From NCBI GenBank assembly GCA_036402035.1, contig DASWTR010000031.1, positions 1 through 62,914 on the forward strand: 62,914 nt of DNA, given 5' to 3'. The first letter of the stretch is position 1. Each line of letters starts with the position of its first letter. Below the pieces are notes generated by a model, which saw only the letters and a list, made by a program, of their open reading frames with translations, was not told where the DNA came from and did no database searches. Origin of the DNA: Sphingomicrobium sp. (GTDB lineage: Bacteria; Pseudomonadota; Alphaproteobacteria; Sphingomonadales; Sphingomonadaceae). The position numbers and the translations under genes are program-made. Below, piece after piece: positions 28,093-37,281 of the stretch.

Positions 28093-29229
28093 CTATCCGT
28101 CGATATCCCACCCCAGCGCTACCCGCCCGGCCAAATCCAGCTGCGGCTTTTCCTGCAGCGGGTGGAAGCGCGCTGCCTGGACGTCCCGGAAGGCGCGTTC
28201 GAGGCCGGTCTTGCGATAGAAAGCCGCGCCTCCGGCGACTTCCATCGCCTTGGTGACCGTGTCGATCGCCGCCTGCCCCACCAGCGTGCGGCACTGCATC
28301 GCCTCGCTGGTCGTTTCGGGTCCGGGCGTGCCGGTTTCGGCGATGTCGATCATCCGCGCATGGGCCAATCGGGCCGTGAGAAGCGAATTTTCCATCTCGC
28401 CAACCAGCTGAGCCAGCATCGGATCGACCGGCCGCTTTTTGGCAATTTCAACCGCCCGGTTTCGAGCGCCTTCGGCTACTCCGCGGTAAGCGGAATAAAT
28501 CAGCGCAAACGCCATCATGCTGATTATGTGGAACAGCATATGCCATTGGCCCTGCGGCCGCTTGCCGGCGATGCCCGCATCGGGGATGAACGCTCCGTCG
28601 AACACCACATCGTCGGACCCGGTGCCACGCATGCCCAGCGTCTGCCAGGTCGGCTCAATCCGCACGCCCTCGCCCTTCAACGGCGCCGCGAAGTGAAGCA
28701 CGGTCGGCCCGTCCGTGGGATCGTCGTAGACCGCGCTGGTCATCAGCAAATTGCCGGTCGGCGATCCGCTGGCGAAGGCCTTGCGCGCTGTCAGCTTGTA
28801 GCCGCCCTCGACCTTTTCCATCGTGCCCGCGCTCTTCAACCAGTCCGAGCCGCCGCTCGACACCAGCTTCAATTTCTCGGAGGCGACCCGCTTCAGCAGC
28901 CCGTCGGTCGGCGCGCCCTGATTCTTCCAGCGCCACGCCGCGACCGCAACGATATGGCTGTGCATCGCCGCCGCCAGGGCGGTTGAGCCACATGCCCGGC
29001 CGATAATCCGGATGACGTCGCAAATCTCGGCGACGCTCGCGCCGCCACCGCCAAGCTCCTCGGGCACCAGTGCGGCAAAGAAGCCGGCTTCTTCCAGTGC
29101 GGCGAAGCCTTCCGCGACGAAGCTGTCCTCGGCGTCGTGCTTTGCCGAATGTTCGGCGATCGCCGCTGCAATCTCCTCGGCCTTCTTGGTCCAATCCGTC
29201 GTCATCGGCTTCTCAACTAGCGCCAACAT
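28093..29229 (-). CDS. Acyl-CoA dehydrogenase family flavoprotein (HpaB/SfnB-like)
   Basis: PEELGGGG, KAFASGS, WQTLGMRGTGS and LERAFRD motifs. Confidence 0.88.
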   Translation of the reverse strand: MLALVEKPMTTDWTKKAEEIAAAIAEHSAKHDAEDSFVAEGFAALEEAGFFAALVPEELGGGGASVAEICDVIRIIGRACGSTALAAAMHSHIVAVAAWRWKNQGAPTDGLLKRVASEKLKLVSSGGSDWLKSAGTMEKVEGGYKLTARKAFASGSPTGNLLMTSAVYDDPTDGPTVLHFAAPLKGEGVRIEPTWQTLGMRGTGSDDVVFDGAFIPDAGIAGKRPQGQWHMLFHIISMMAFALIYSAYRGVAEGARNRAVEIAKKRPVDPMLAQLVGEMENSLLTARLAHARMIDIAETGTPGPETTSEAMQCRTLVGQAAIDTVTKAMEVAGGAAFYRKTGLERAFRDVQAARFHPLQEKPQLDLAGRVALGWDIDG

Positions 29230-29300
29230 GGCGTTCCTCCATTCTCGGCAATTTGCTTGGGATGGGAAGGAAATACCGTGGTCCCCGCGCGGCCATCCAG

Positions 29301-29335
29301 TTCAGCAACTGAATCGACCCGGTACAGAAACTGAA
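29301..29335. promoter_or_regulatory. Tandem putative HxlR operators
   Basis: TTCAG-caa-CTGAA and TACAG-aaa-CTGAA, 22 bp apart, in the divergent promoter region. Confidence 0.55.
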
Positions 29336-29382
29336 GTGGCGCAGGATGTTGCAGTGGATTAAGAGGGCGTGGGGAGCGTTCG

Positions 29383-30078
29383 ATGGAACGAAGCTATAAC
29401 CAGTTCTGCCCGGTGGCGATGGCGGCCGAAGTGCTTTGCTCGCGCTGGACGGTCGTCCTGCTGCGTGAGTTGCTCGCCGGCTCAACCCGCTTCAACGACC
29501 TTCGCCGCGGCCTGCCGCGAATGTCCCCCGCGTTGCTCTCGCAGCGGCTCAAGGAGCTTGAGGAAACCAACATCGTCGAGCGCCGTCCGATTCCGGGAGA
29601 GCCTGGCATCCACGAATATGCGCTGACCGATGCCGGCCGGGAGCTTCAGCCGCTGGTCGAATCCTTCGGCAAATGGGGCCAGCGCTGGATTCCCAGCAAG
29701 CTGTCGCTCGAGCAGCTCGATGCCCAGCTGCTGATGTGGGACATGCGGCGCGGCCTGCGCTTCGACCCGCCGCCCCAACGGCGGCTAGTCATCCAGTTCC
29801 AATATCCGGACGCACCCAAGCGCGAGCGCAGCTGGTGGCTGATCGTCGAACCCGATCATCCGGTCGACCTGTGCAATGTCGATCCCGGCCACGACGTCGA
29901 TCTCTATGTCACGTCGCCGCTCAGGGTCATGACCGCAATCTGGATGGGTCTCGAAACGGTCCGGGGCGCGCGCGCAAATGACAGCCTGATGCTGACCGGC
30001 GACCGCGACCTGATTGACACGATGGAACGCTGGCTCGGCCTAAGTCCCTTCGCGGTGGAAGAACGTAAGGTCGCTTAG
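29383..30078 (+). CDS. HxlR family regulator with a C-terminal SCP2-like domain
   Basis: YNQFCPVAMAAEVL..RWT...RFNDLRRGLP..SPALLSQRLKEL pattern. Confidence 0.9.
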   Translation: MERSYNQFCPVAMAAEVLCSRWTVVLLRELLAGSTRFNDLRRGLPRMSPALLSQRLKELEETNIVERRPIPGEPGIHEYALTDAGRELQPLVESFGKWGQRWIPSKLSLEQLDAQLLMWDMRRGLRFDPPPQRRLVIQFQYPDAPKRERSWWLIVEPDHPVDLCNVDPGHDVDLYVTSPLRVMTAIWMGLETVRGARANDSLMLTGDRDLIDTMERWLGLSPFAVEERKVA

Positions 30079-30105
30079 CCGGCAGCCGGCTGATGACCCT
30101 ACTTC

Positions 30106-30330
30106 CTACCAGAGCGGCCGCGTCGGGCGATGCCGGGCGCGGATTACCTCGCCCTTGATCAGCTTTCCCTTGAGCTTGGTGCGCAACACTTCCGCCCCGT
30201 CACTGCTCATCGTCACCAGGCGCACGCCGCCCGCCGGCAGCGCTTCGAGAGCCGATACGCCGATATCCAGCCGATGACATTCGTCGGTCGCGGCCTGGGT
30301 CGACATGTCGAGCAGCAGGACGCGGCTCAT
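30106..30330 (-). CDS. Small hypothetical protein (74 aa)
   Basis: ATGA coupling to the upstream ORF; VSALEALPAGGVRLV pattern; host-like codon use. Confidence 0.6.
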   Translation of the reverse strand: MSRVLLLDMSTQAATDECHRLDIGVSALEALPAGGVRLVTMSSDGAEVLRTKLKGKLIKGEVIRARHRPTRPLW

Positions 30331-30494
30331 GCCGTCACCGGCGGGAACGGGCTGCGGCCGCCAAAATTGTGATTGATGAGCCTGCGGATCATCCGCGCGT
30401 CGAGGCGGTGCCCTTCACGGCGCGACGCGGTGGGCGCGGTGCGGATACCATGTAGCGCGATCTGTTCGCGCATCAGTTGAAAATTGAGATCCAT
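30327..30494 (-). CDS. Small hypothetical protein (55 aa)
   Basis: MDLNFQLMREQIAL... start with AGGA upstream; its stop overlaps the next ATG. Confidence 0.5.
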   Translation of the reverse strand: MDLNFQLMREQIALHGIRTAPTASRREGHRLDARMIRRLINHNFGGRSPFPPVTA

Positions 30495-30641
30495 TGGGTG
30501 GCATGTTCCTGCGGCAAAGCGAGAGCACAGCGGTCTCTCAGTCACAGGAAGCTTTGGAGTTGGGGATCGAGTGATGCGCTGCGTGTAGCATATCCCATTC
30601 GCGTTGTCCGATTTATCTCGGCCCGTCCTCCGATCCGGCGA

Positions 30642-31124
30642 TCAGCGGTAGGCGCCCTCCCGCAGGTTGATGCCATGTTCGACCCACATTTTCAGCGCGG
30701 CCAACATCTGCGACCAGCCCATGCAATTGCCATAGCTCGCTTGCAGCCCGCCCTCGGTTTCCCGCCAGCCCTTCTCCTCGATCTCGACCAGGGTTCGGCC
30801 ATCATCCGTGGGTTTGAACAACATGGTGACAGTGGTCTTGTACCCGGCGGGTTTGACGTCAAGCGCGCCCTCACACAGCTGCTCGCCCTCGGCTGCGTCC
30901 CAACGCAGCACGATCTTTTGATTGGGCACCACCTCCTCGACCTCGACCGGGAAAGGTCCGGGAAAGTCGTGGAAGTCCCAGGTTACGGTCTTGCCCGCCT
31001 CCAAGCGGCCGCTGGCGCCGCCGGTCGTGAAATAGCTAGACAGCTCCTTGGGATCGGCAACCGCCTCAAACACCTCTTCGACCGGGCGACCGACATGGAT
31101 CATTACCTTGAATTTCAAGTCCAT
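30642..31124 (-). CDS. SRPBCC/AHSA1 domain protein
   Basis: RPVEEVFEAVADP...GWSQMLAALK pattern; GAGGAG RBS. Confidence 0.88.
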   Translation of the reverse strand: MDLKFKVMIHVGRPVEEVFEAVADPKELSSYFTTGGASGRLEAGKTVTWDFHDFPGPFPVEVEEVVPNQKIVLRWDAAEGEQLCEGALDVKPAGYKTTVTMLFKPTDDGRTLVEIEEKGWRETEGGLQASYGNCMGWSQMLAALKMWVEHGINLREGAYR

Positions 31125-31155
31125 CGACTCGGCTCCTCTTGATCAGTCGCCAGAT

Positions 31156-31175
31156 ATGTTATAAATCTATAACAT
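31156..31175. promoter_or_regulatory. ArsR-family operator
   Basis: Perfect inverted repeat ATGTTATA-aatc-TATAACAT overlapping the ArsR start codon. Confidence 0.85.
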
Positions 31176-31518
31176 GTCAAATCCGCTTCCCGACATTCGC
31201 GAACAGCAGGACCAGGTATTTCGAGCCCTCGCCTCCCATCACCGTCGCGCCATACTCGATGTGCTCCGCGACCAGCCGCTGACCACCGGCGGCCTATGCG
31301 CGCAGTTTCCAGAGCTCGACCGCTGCACGGTGATGCAGCATGTGAAAGTGCTGGAAGGTGCCGACCTGATCATCGCCGAGCGTCGCGGCCGCGAGCGCTG
31401 GAACCACCTCAACCCCCTCCCGATCCATGCCATCCACGAACGCTGGATCGGGCCGCATGCGGAACGGGCCGTGGCGATGCTGGCGAAGCTAAAACGCGAT
31501 CTGGAACGAACGGCATAG
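31174..31518 (+). CDS. ArsR/SmtB family regulator
   Basis: VFRALASHHRRAILDVL...TVMQHVKVLEGADLI...RRGRER pattern. Confidence 0.9.
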   Translation: MSNPLPDIREQQDQVFRALASHHRRAILDVLRDQPLTTGGLCAQFPELDRCTVMQHVKVLEGADLIIAERRGRERWNHLNPLPIHAIHERWIGPHAERAVAMLAKLKRDLERTA

Positions 31519-31582
31519 CGGATTGGGGACTTCAACCGAGGCTGATTGCCGCTAGGTTCAGCTGGCTCGGGTTGGAGGTGCC

Positions 31583-32140
31583 ATGAACGCCGTACTCGTC
31601 TCGATTCTCCTTTGGCTGGCGGCTGGTCAGCCAACCGCGCCGGCGCGTTTGCCCGAATTTCCGACGAACGCCGAGATGTCGGCGATGTATCAGGCGGACC
31701 AGGCCGCCCGGAAGGTTGCGGACATCGACTGGGCGAAGCTCGACCTGGAAGATGAAGTCCGACGCAAGCGCACCCGGGCGCTGCTCGACGCCGGGGCGCT
31801 CCGGAGCGGCGACGATTATTTCCATGCCGCTTATATTTTCCAGCACGGCTCGGAACCCAGCGATTACCTGCTTGCTCACGTGCTGGCGGTCGCCGCGATG
31901 AAACGCGGGCGGGAAGATGCCTCCTGGATCGCCGCCGCCACGCTCGATCGTTATTTGCAGCGCATTGGCCAGCCGCAGGTGCTCGGCACGCAATATCGAT
32001 GCCCCGGAGGCCAACCTTCGATGGACCCGTACCAAGCCGACCTCATCCCCGACTCGATCCGAGAGGCGGTCGACGTGCCGGTGCGAGCCGAGCAGGTTGA
32101 GCGCGGCAAATTGCTGTGCGGCGGCGGCACGAAGAAGTAG
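31583..32140 (+). CDS. Hypothetical secreted helical protein
   Basis: GGAGG RBS, signal peptide, and ADQAAR...AAYIFQHG...AATLDRYL...QVLGTQY pattern. Confidence 0.7.
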   Translation: MNAVLVSILLWLAAGQPTAPARLPEFPTNAEMSAMYQADQAARKVADIDWAKLDLEDEVRRKRTRALLDAGALRSGDDYFHAAYIFQHGSEPSDYLLAHVLAVAAMKRGREDASWIAAATLDRYLQRIGQPQVLGTQYRCPGGQPSMDPYQADLIPDSIREAVDVPVRAEQVERGKLLCGGGTKK

Positions 32141-32182
32141 CCCCCTCCCCATCCTTGCCACATGCCGCTAAGGCGCGTCGCC

Positions 32183-33835
32183 ATGACGACACGCACCGGC
32201 GGCCAGATCCTTGTCGAGCAGCTCAAGATCCAGGGCTGCGACCGCATCTTCACCGTTCCGGGCGAAAGCTTCCTCGCCGTTCTCGACGCGCTGCACGATG
32301 CGCCGGAGATCGAGACAATCGTCTGTCGCCAGGAAGGCGGCGTCGCCTATATGGCGGATGCCGACGGCAAGATGACCGGCAGGCCCGGCGTCGCGTTCGT
32401 CACCCGCGGCCCGGGCGCGACCAACGCTTCCGCCGGCGTCCATGTCGCCTTCCAGGACTCGGCCCCGATGATCCTGTTCGTCGGCGACCTTGACCGCGCC
32501 GACCGCGATCGCGAGGGATTCCAGGAGATCGACATGGCCGCTTTCTTCGGCCCCGTCGCCAAAGGGGCGGCGCGGATCGACGATGCCCGGCGCATTCCCG
32601 AATATGTCGCCCGCGCTTTCCGCGTCGCCACCGCCGGCCGCCCCGGCCCGGTCGTGCTGGCGCTGCCCGAGGACATGCTGCGCGACGAAGTGGAGACGCT
32701 AGACCGGCCGAAGATCGCGCCTATCGCCCAGCCGCCCTGTGCCGGAGCGATGGAGGCGATGTTCGGCCTATTGAAGGACGCAACCAACCCAGTGGCGATC
32801 ATCGGCGGCGCCGGCTGGGACCGCGACGCGGCGCACCATTTCGCCACTTTCGCCTGGCGCCACGGCATCCCCACCGCCGCCGCTTTCCGTCGCCAGGATG
32901 CGATCAGTAACGAATGCGGCGTCTATGCCGGCCAACTCGGCTACGGCCCCAATCCGAAGCTGCAGCAGCGCATCCGCGACGCCGACCTTCTGCTCGTCGT
33001 CGGCGCGCGTCTCGGCGAGTCCACGACCGACGGCTACAAGCTGATCACGCCCGACCATCCCGACCAGCTGATCGTCCACGTCCATCCCGACCCCAACGAG
33101 CTCGGCCGGGTCTACAAGGCCGACCTGCCGATTTGCGCCGACATGGGCGAGTTCGCCGAGATGGCCGCCGACTGGCACGATCCCGAGCTGGTCCGCTTCT
33201 CTTCGGGCGAGGAAGCGCACCGCGAATGGCTGGAATGGTCGGAGCCGGCACCGCGCGACGGCGTGAAGCTCGACCTCGGACCCTGCGTTAAGGCAATGCG
33301 CGACGCGCTTCCTGGCAACACCATCATCTGCAACGGCGCCGGCAATTTCTCGGGATGGTGGCACCGCTACTGGCGCTACGGCCCGTTGCCGACCCAGCTC
33401 GCCCCCACCAGCGGCACAATGGGCTATGGCCTCCCCGCCGCGGTCGCCGCTGCGATCCGCTTCAAGGACCGGCCGGTGGTCTGCGTCGCCGGCGACGGCG
33501 ATTTCCTGATGAACGGGCAGGAACTGGCGACCGCCGCCCAATATGGCGCCGACCTGCTCGTCATCCTGGTCGACAACGGCGCCTACGGCACCATCCGCAT
33601 GCACCAGGAGCGCGACTATCCGAAGCGGGTCAGCGCCACCCAGCTCGCCAACCCCGATTTCGCCAAACTCGCCGAGGCCTATGGCGGCTGGGCCGAGCGG
33701 ATCGAAAGCACCGAGCAGTTCACCCCCGCCCTTTCCCGGGCGATGGAGCGCAAGGGCATCCGCCTCCTCCACTGCTTGACTGACGTCGAGGTGATTACCA
33801 ACCAGACGACGATCGCGGCAATTCACGCCCGTTGA
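32183..33835 (+). CDS. Thiamine-diphosphate-dependent enzyme (acetolactate synthase-like)
   Basis: FTVPGESFL, RQEGG, TRGPG and the ThDP motif GDGDFLM...DNG. Confidence 0.92.
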   Translation: MTTRTGGQILVEQLKIQGCDRIFTVPGESFLAVLDALHDAPEIETIVCRQEGGVAYMADADGKMTGRPGVAFVTRGPGATNASAGVHVAFQDSAPMILFVGDLDRADRDREGFQEIDMAAFFGPVAKGAARIDDARRIPEYVARAFRVATAGRPGPVVLALPEDMLRDEVETLDRPKIAPIAQPPCAGAMEAMFGLLKDATNPVAIIGGAGWDRDAAHHFATFAWRHGIPTAAAFRRQDAISNECGVYAGQLGYGPNPKLQQRIRDADLLLVVGARLGESTTDGYKLITPDHPDQLIVHVHPDPNELGRVYKADLPICADMGEFAEMAADWHDPELVRFSSGEEAHREWLEWSEPAPRDGVKLDLGPCVKAMRDALPGNTIICNGAGNFSGWWHRYWRYGPLPTQLAPTSGTMGYGLPAAVAAAIRFKDRPVVCVAGDGDFLMNGQELATAAQYGADLLVILVDNGAYGTIRMHQERDYPKRVSATQLANPDFAKLAEAYGGWAERIESTEQFTPALSRAMERKGIRLLHCLTDVEVITNQTTIAAIHAR

Positions 33836-33942
33836 GGCCGTTGACGACTTCCCTGGCTCCCGATCGTTATCAATCCTAAGACCCTGACGGCGGCCTCCCG
33901 GCTGATGCGTTAGCTCCAGCGCCTGTTCGTTCGGAGGACAAT

Positions 33943-34302
33943 ATGGGAACGCTCCAGGAATTGCTCGAGATTGAACGCCGCCTCTGGGCCAATGATGCCG
34001 ATTACTATCGCGACGCCTATCTGGAGCATGCGGTTTTGCTATTTCCCCAGGTCGGGCGGTTGACGCGCGACGCCGCCGTAGATGCGATCCGCCGGGAAAA
34101 TGCCGAAGGGCGCCGATGGGCGGAAGTAGACTTCGAAGACGCCACCGCTCGGCAGCTGACGGACGATGTCCATTTACTGGTTTATCGCGCTCATGCGCGC
34201 TGGAACTATGAAGCATCTCCTTCGTCGACCGATTGCGCAACGGTCTACGTCCACAGCGACGGACGTTGGCGCGTCGCGTGCCATCAGCAGACACGGGTTT
34301 AA
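33943..34302 (+). CDS. NTF2-like/DUF4440 protein
   Basis: GGAGG RBS and C-terminal WRVACHQQT. Confidence 0.78.
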   Translation: MGTLQELLEIERRLWANDADYYRDAYLEHAVLLFPQVGRLTRDAAVDAIRRENAEGRRWAEVDFEDATARQLTDDVHLLVYRAHARWNYEASPSSTDCATVYVHSDGRWRVACHQQTRV

Positions 34303-36282
34303 TCATAGCCCGAACGGCCAGGTTTCGTCGGCGCTTGTCTGGTCGCCGGGTCGCGTCTGGCCCGGTAGCGGAGCGACCGCCTCCGTCTCGTCGAACCACA
34401 CCCAGCCGTCGAACTGGTCGGGCAGGATCGCCTGGCTATAGTGGCTCCAGCGCTCGGTCTCGGGCCGGTAGATTACGCCGATGAAGCGCTCCAGATGCGG
34501 CTCCATCAACTTCGCCGCGACGCGCCGGTTCTCGCCTTCGCGCAGGTCCAGCAGGAAGCGCGGAACGCCGCTGTCATGGCTCAACCGCTCATAGCTTTCG
34601 TCGAGCGAGGGCCGCACCGCCTTGACCATCATCGGCCCGTCCCAATCATCCGCGGCGGCAACGGTTCCGGCATGCGTCCCAAAGCCGATCGACATCGCCT
34701 TGTCGCCGAACTTCTCCTTGGCCAGCTGGCCGATGTTCAGCTCGCCCCTGGCGATCCCCATCTCGGTGAATCGCGCATCGCCGATGTGGCTGTTGTGCGC
34801 CCAGACGATCGCCTTTGAATCCGGCCCGCGGGCTTCGAGTAAGGCGCAAAGCGTTTCGAACATATGCGTGTCGCGCAGGTTCCAGCTTTCCGCCGAGCCT
34901 TCGTACATGACGCGATAGTAAGCCTCGGCATTCTTGACGAGCCGGGCATTAGCGGTGGCGTCGAGCCATTCCTCGCTATCCTGCGCCGCCAGCTCCAATC
35001 GCTTGCCGAGCAGATCCTTCAACATGCTGACTGCGTCGTCCCGGCAGAAGGCATAGCCGGTCGACATCGCCAGCCGGCCATATTGGGCGGGGTCGCGGCT
35101 GTAAGGGGCGAGGCATTGGTACCGCTCGCGCGCTTCGGTGGCGAGCTTGGGATCGACGCTTTCCAGATAGTCGATCACCGCCCGCATCGACGCGCTAAGA
35201 TTGTATAGGTCGAGCCCGAACAAGCCGGCCATCTGCTCCGGTTCGCGGCCCTCGTTATAGCCGTGCAGCCAGCGCACGAAGGTATCGAACTCGCGGTTGC
35301 GCCACATCCAGGTCGGGAAGCGGGCGAATGCGCGCTCCTCCCCTTCCCTTGGCCCTCGGTGGCGGACGATCCGGTCGAGCGTCGCCGCGTCCGGCCAGTC
35401 GGCTTCCAGCGCGACAATTGTGAAACCATGCCGCTCGACCAGCCGCCGCGTGATCGCCGCCCGCGCGCGATAGAATTCGGAGGTGCCATGACTCGCCTCA
35501 CCGAGCAGCGCCACGCGGGCATCGGCATAACGGTCGAACAGGGCGGCAAAGGCGGGGTCATCGATCTCGGGCAACGGCTCGGCGGCCTCGGCGATCATCT
35601 GCGGCAGCGTGGCGACCAGGGCCTCGCTGCCGCTATCTTGGAAACCCTCGCGGCCGATCAGCGGCACGAAGCGCACCGCGCCCAGATCCTCACGCTCGAG
35701 CTGCCCGTCCTCATGCTTGGTCACCTTGACCAGCGACTGGACGCTGTGCGGATCGCCGAGCGGCACCACGATCCGCCCGCCCGGTTTCAGCTGCGCGATC
35801 CAGCTTTGCGGCACATGGCTTCCGCTCGCCGCGGCGACGATCGCATCGTAGGGCGCTTCCTCTGGCCAGCCGAGCGTGCCGTCGCCCTCGACCACCCGGA
35901 CATTGTCGTAGCCGAGCCGCTCCATCCGTTTCTGCGCCAGCTGGACCAGTTCATGGTGGCGCTCGATCGCGATCACCTCGCCGGCAATCCGGCCGATCAC
36001 GGCAGCGGCGTAGCCCGACCCGGCGCCGACCTCGAGCACCTTGTCGCCCGGCTTGATCCCCGCCGCGTCGATCGTCAGCGCGACGATATAGGGCTGGCTG
36101 ATGGTCTGGCCGCTTTCGATCGGCAGCGGCGAGTCCTGATAGGCATAGTCGGAATAATCGCCGCTGATGAAATCCTCGCGCGGCACCGCGCGAAACGCTT
36201 CCAGCAGCCTGGGATCGTCGAGCCCGCGAGCCGCGATCTGCCGATCGACCATCTGCTCGCGAAGGGTGGTGAAGTCGCTCAT
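34303..36282 (-). CDS. pcm: Protein-L-isoaspartate O-methyltransferase fused to an erythromycin-esterase domain
   Basis: N-terminal GQTISQP, VLEVGAGSGY and GDGTLGW; C-terminal LGEASHGT, EADWPDA and WAHNSH. Confidence 0.9.
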   Translation of the reverse strand: MSDFTTLREQMVDRQIAARGLDDPRLLEAFRAVPREDFISGDYSDYAYQDSPLPIESGQTISQPYIVALTIDAAGIKPGDKVLEVGAGSGYAAAVIGRIAGEVIAIERHHELVQLAQKRMERLGYDNVRVVEGDGTLGWPEEAPYDAIVAAASGSHVPQSWIAQLKPGGRIVVPLGDPHSVQSLVKVTKHEDGQLEREDLGAVRFVPLIGREGFQDSGSEALVATLPQMIAEAAEPLPEIDDPAFAALFDRYADARVALLGEASHGTSEFYRARAAITRRLVERHGFTIVALEADWPDAATLDRIVRHRGPREGEERAFARFPTWMWRNREFDTFVRWLHGYNEGREPEQMAGLFGLDLYNLSASMRAVIDYLESVDPKLATEARERYQCLAPYSRDPAQYGRLAMSTGYAFCRDDAVSMLKDLLGKRLELAAQDSEEWLDATANARLVKNAEAYYRVMYEGSAESWNLRDTHMFETLCALLEARGPDSKAIVWAHNSHIGDARFTEMGIARGELNIGQLAKEKFGDKAMSIGFGTHAGTVAAADDWDGPMMVKAVRPSLDESYERLSHDSGVPRFLLDLREGENRRVAAKLMEPHLERFIGVIYRPETERWSHYSQAILPDQFDGWVWFDETEAVAPLPGQTRPGDQTSADETWPFGL

Positions 36283-36302
36283 CGCGCACCTCCAGCCATT
36301 CA

Positions 36303-36328
36303 AACTCTTGGGCTTGCTTGGGCGTTCC
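36303..36328 (-). promoter_or_regulatory. Possible EcfG (general stress) promoter
   Basis: The minus strand reads GGAAC-N18-GTT upstream of the pcm fusion. Confidence 0.5.
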
Positions 36329-36361
36329 TGCTAATGCCGCTGAGGCCAGTTGGAGGCTGCC

Positions 36362-37168
36362 ATGACCGCGACGGACACCGTTTTCGCCGGATCGATCCCG
36401 GCAATCTACGACCGATATATGGTGCCCCTAATCTTCGCACCCTACGCCCAGCTGGTGGCCGAGCGCGCGGCGGAGCTCCAGCCGCGCCGGATTCTCGAAA
36501 CCGCGGCCGGGACCGGAGTCGTTACGGAGGAGTTGTACCGCGCCTTGCCCAACGCGGAGATCGTCGCGACCGATCTCAATGCGCCGATGTTGGAGCAGGC
36601 GCAGAGCCGGGTGAGCGCATCAAACGTGCGATTCCAGCCCGCCGATGCTCAGGCCTTGCCGTTCGACGCCGACAGCTTCGACCTGGCGGTTTGCCAGTTC
36701 GGAATCATGTTCATGCCGGACAAGGTGCGGGCAAACTCGGAAGCGCGCCGGGTTCTGCGCGACGGCGGGCGCTACATGCTCGTCATCTGGGACCGCATCG
36801 AACATAATCTGGCGACCATGGCAGCTGGGCGCGCGGTGGCCGAATTGTTCCCGATAGACGGCGCCCGCTTCTACGAACGCATTCCCTTCCGCTACCATGA
36901 CGTCGGCGAGATCGAGCGTGATTTGCTGGCGGCCGGCTTCACCGACATCGAATATGAGACCGTCGAACGGCGCAGCAGCGCGGCATCAGCGCGCGACGCC
37001 GCCATTGCCCTCGTTCAAGGAACGCCAATGCGCAGCGACATCGAGCAAATCGCGCCCGACCGGCTCGGCCAGGCAACCGACGCCGCAGAGCGCGCGCTTC
37101 GTGAGTTTGAAGGCCCTGACGGCTTCGACGCGCCAATGTCGGCGCGGCTGGTGACCGCGATCAAATAA
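36362..37168 (+). CDS. Class I SAM-dependent methyltransferase
   Basis: ILETAAGTG, DAQALPF and CQFGIMF motifs. Confidence 0.9.
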   Translation: MTATDTVFAGSIPAIYDRYMVPLIFAPYAQLVAERAAELQPRRILETAAGTGVVTEELYRALPNAEIVATDLNAPMLEQAQSRVSASNVRFQPADAQALPFDADSFDLAVCQFGIMFMPDKVRANSEARRVLRDGGRYMLVIWDRIEHNLATMAAGRAVAELFPIDGARFYERIPFRYHDVGEIERDLLAAGFTDIEYETVERRSSAASARDAAIALVQGTPMRSDIEQIAPDRLGQATDAAERALREFEGPDGFDAPMSARLVTAIK

Positions 37169-37281
37169 TCGCGACATTTGCCGTCCGTCGAATAAACCGG
37201 CCGGATTGCTGGACCATTCCTTGACCGTCCTCGGCAGCGATGCTCGAACCCGCGCGAGACGGTTCGCCGGGGAGGGTTTAG

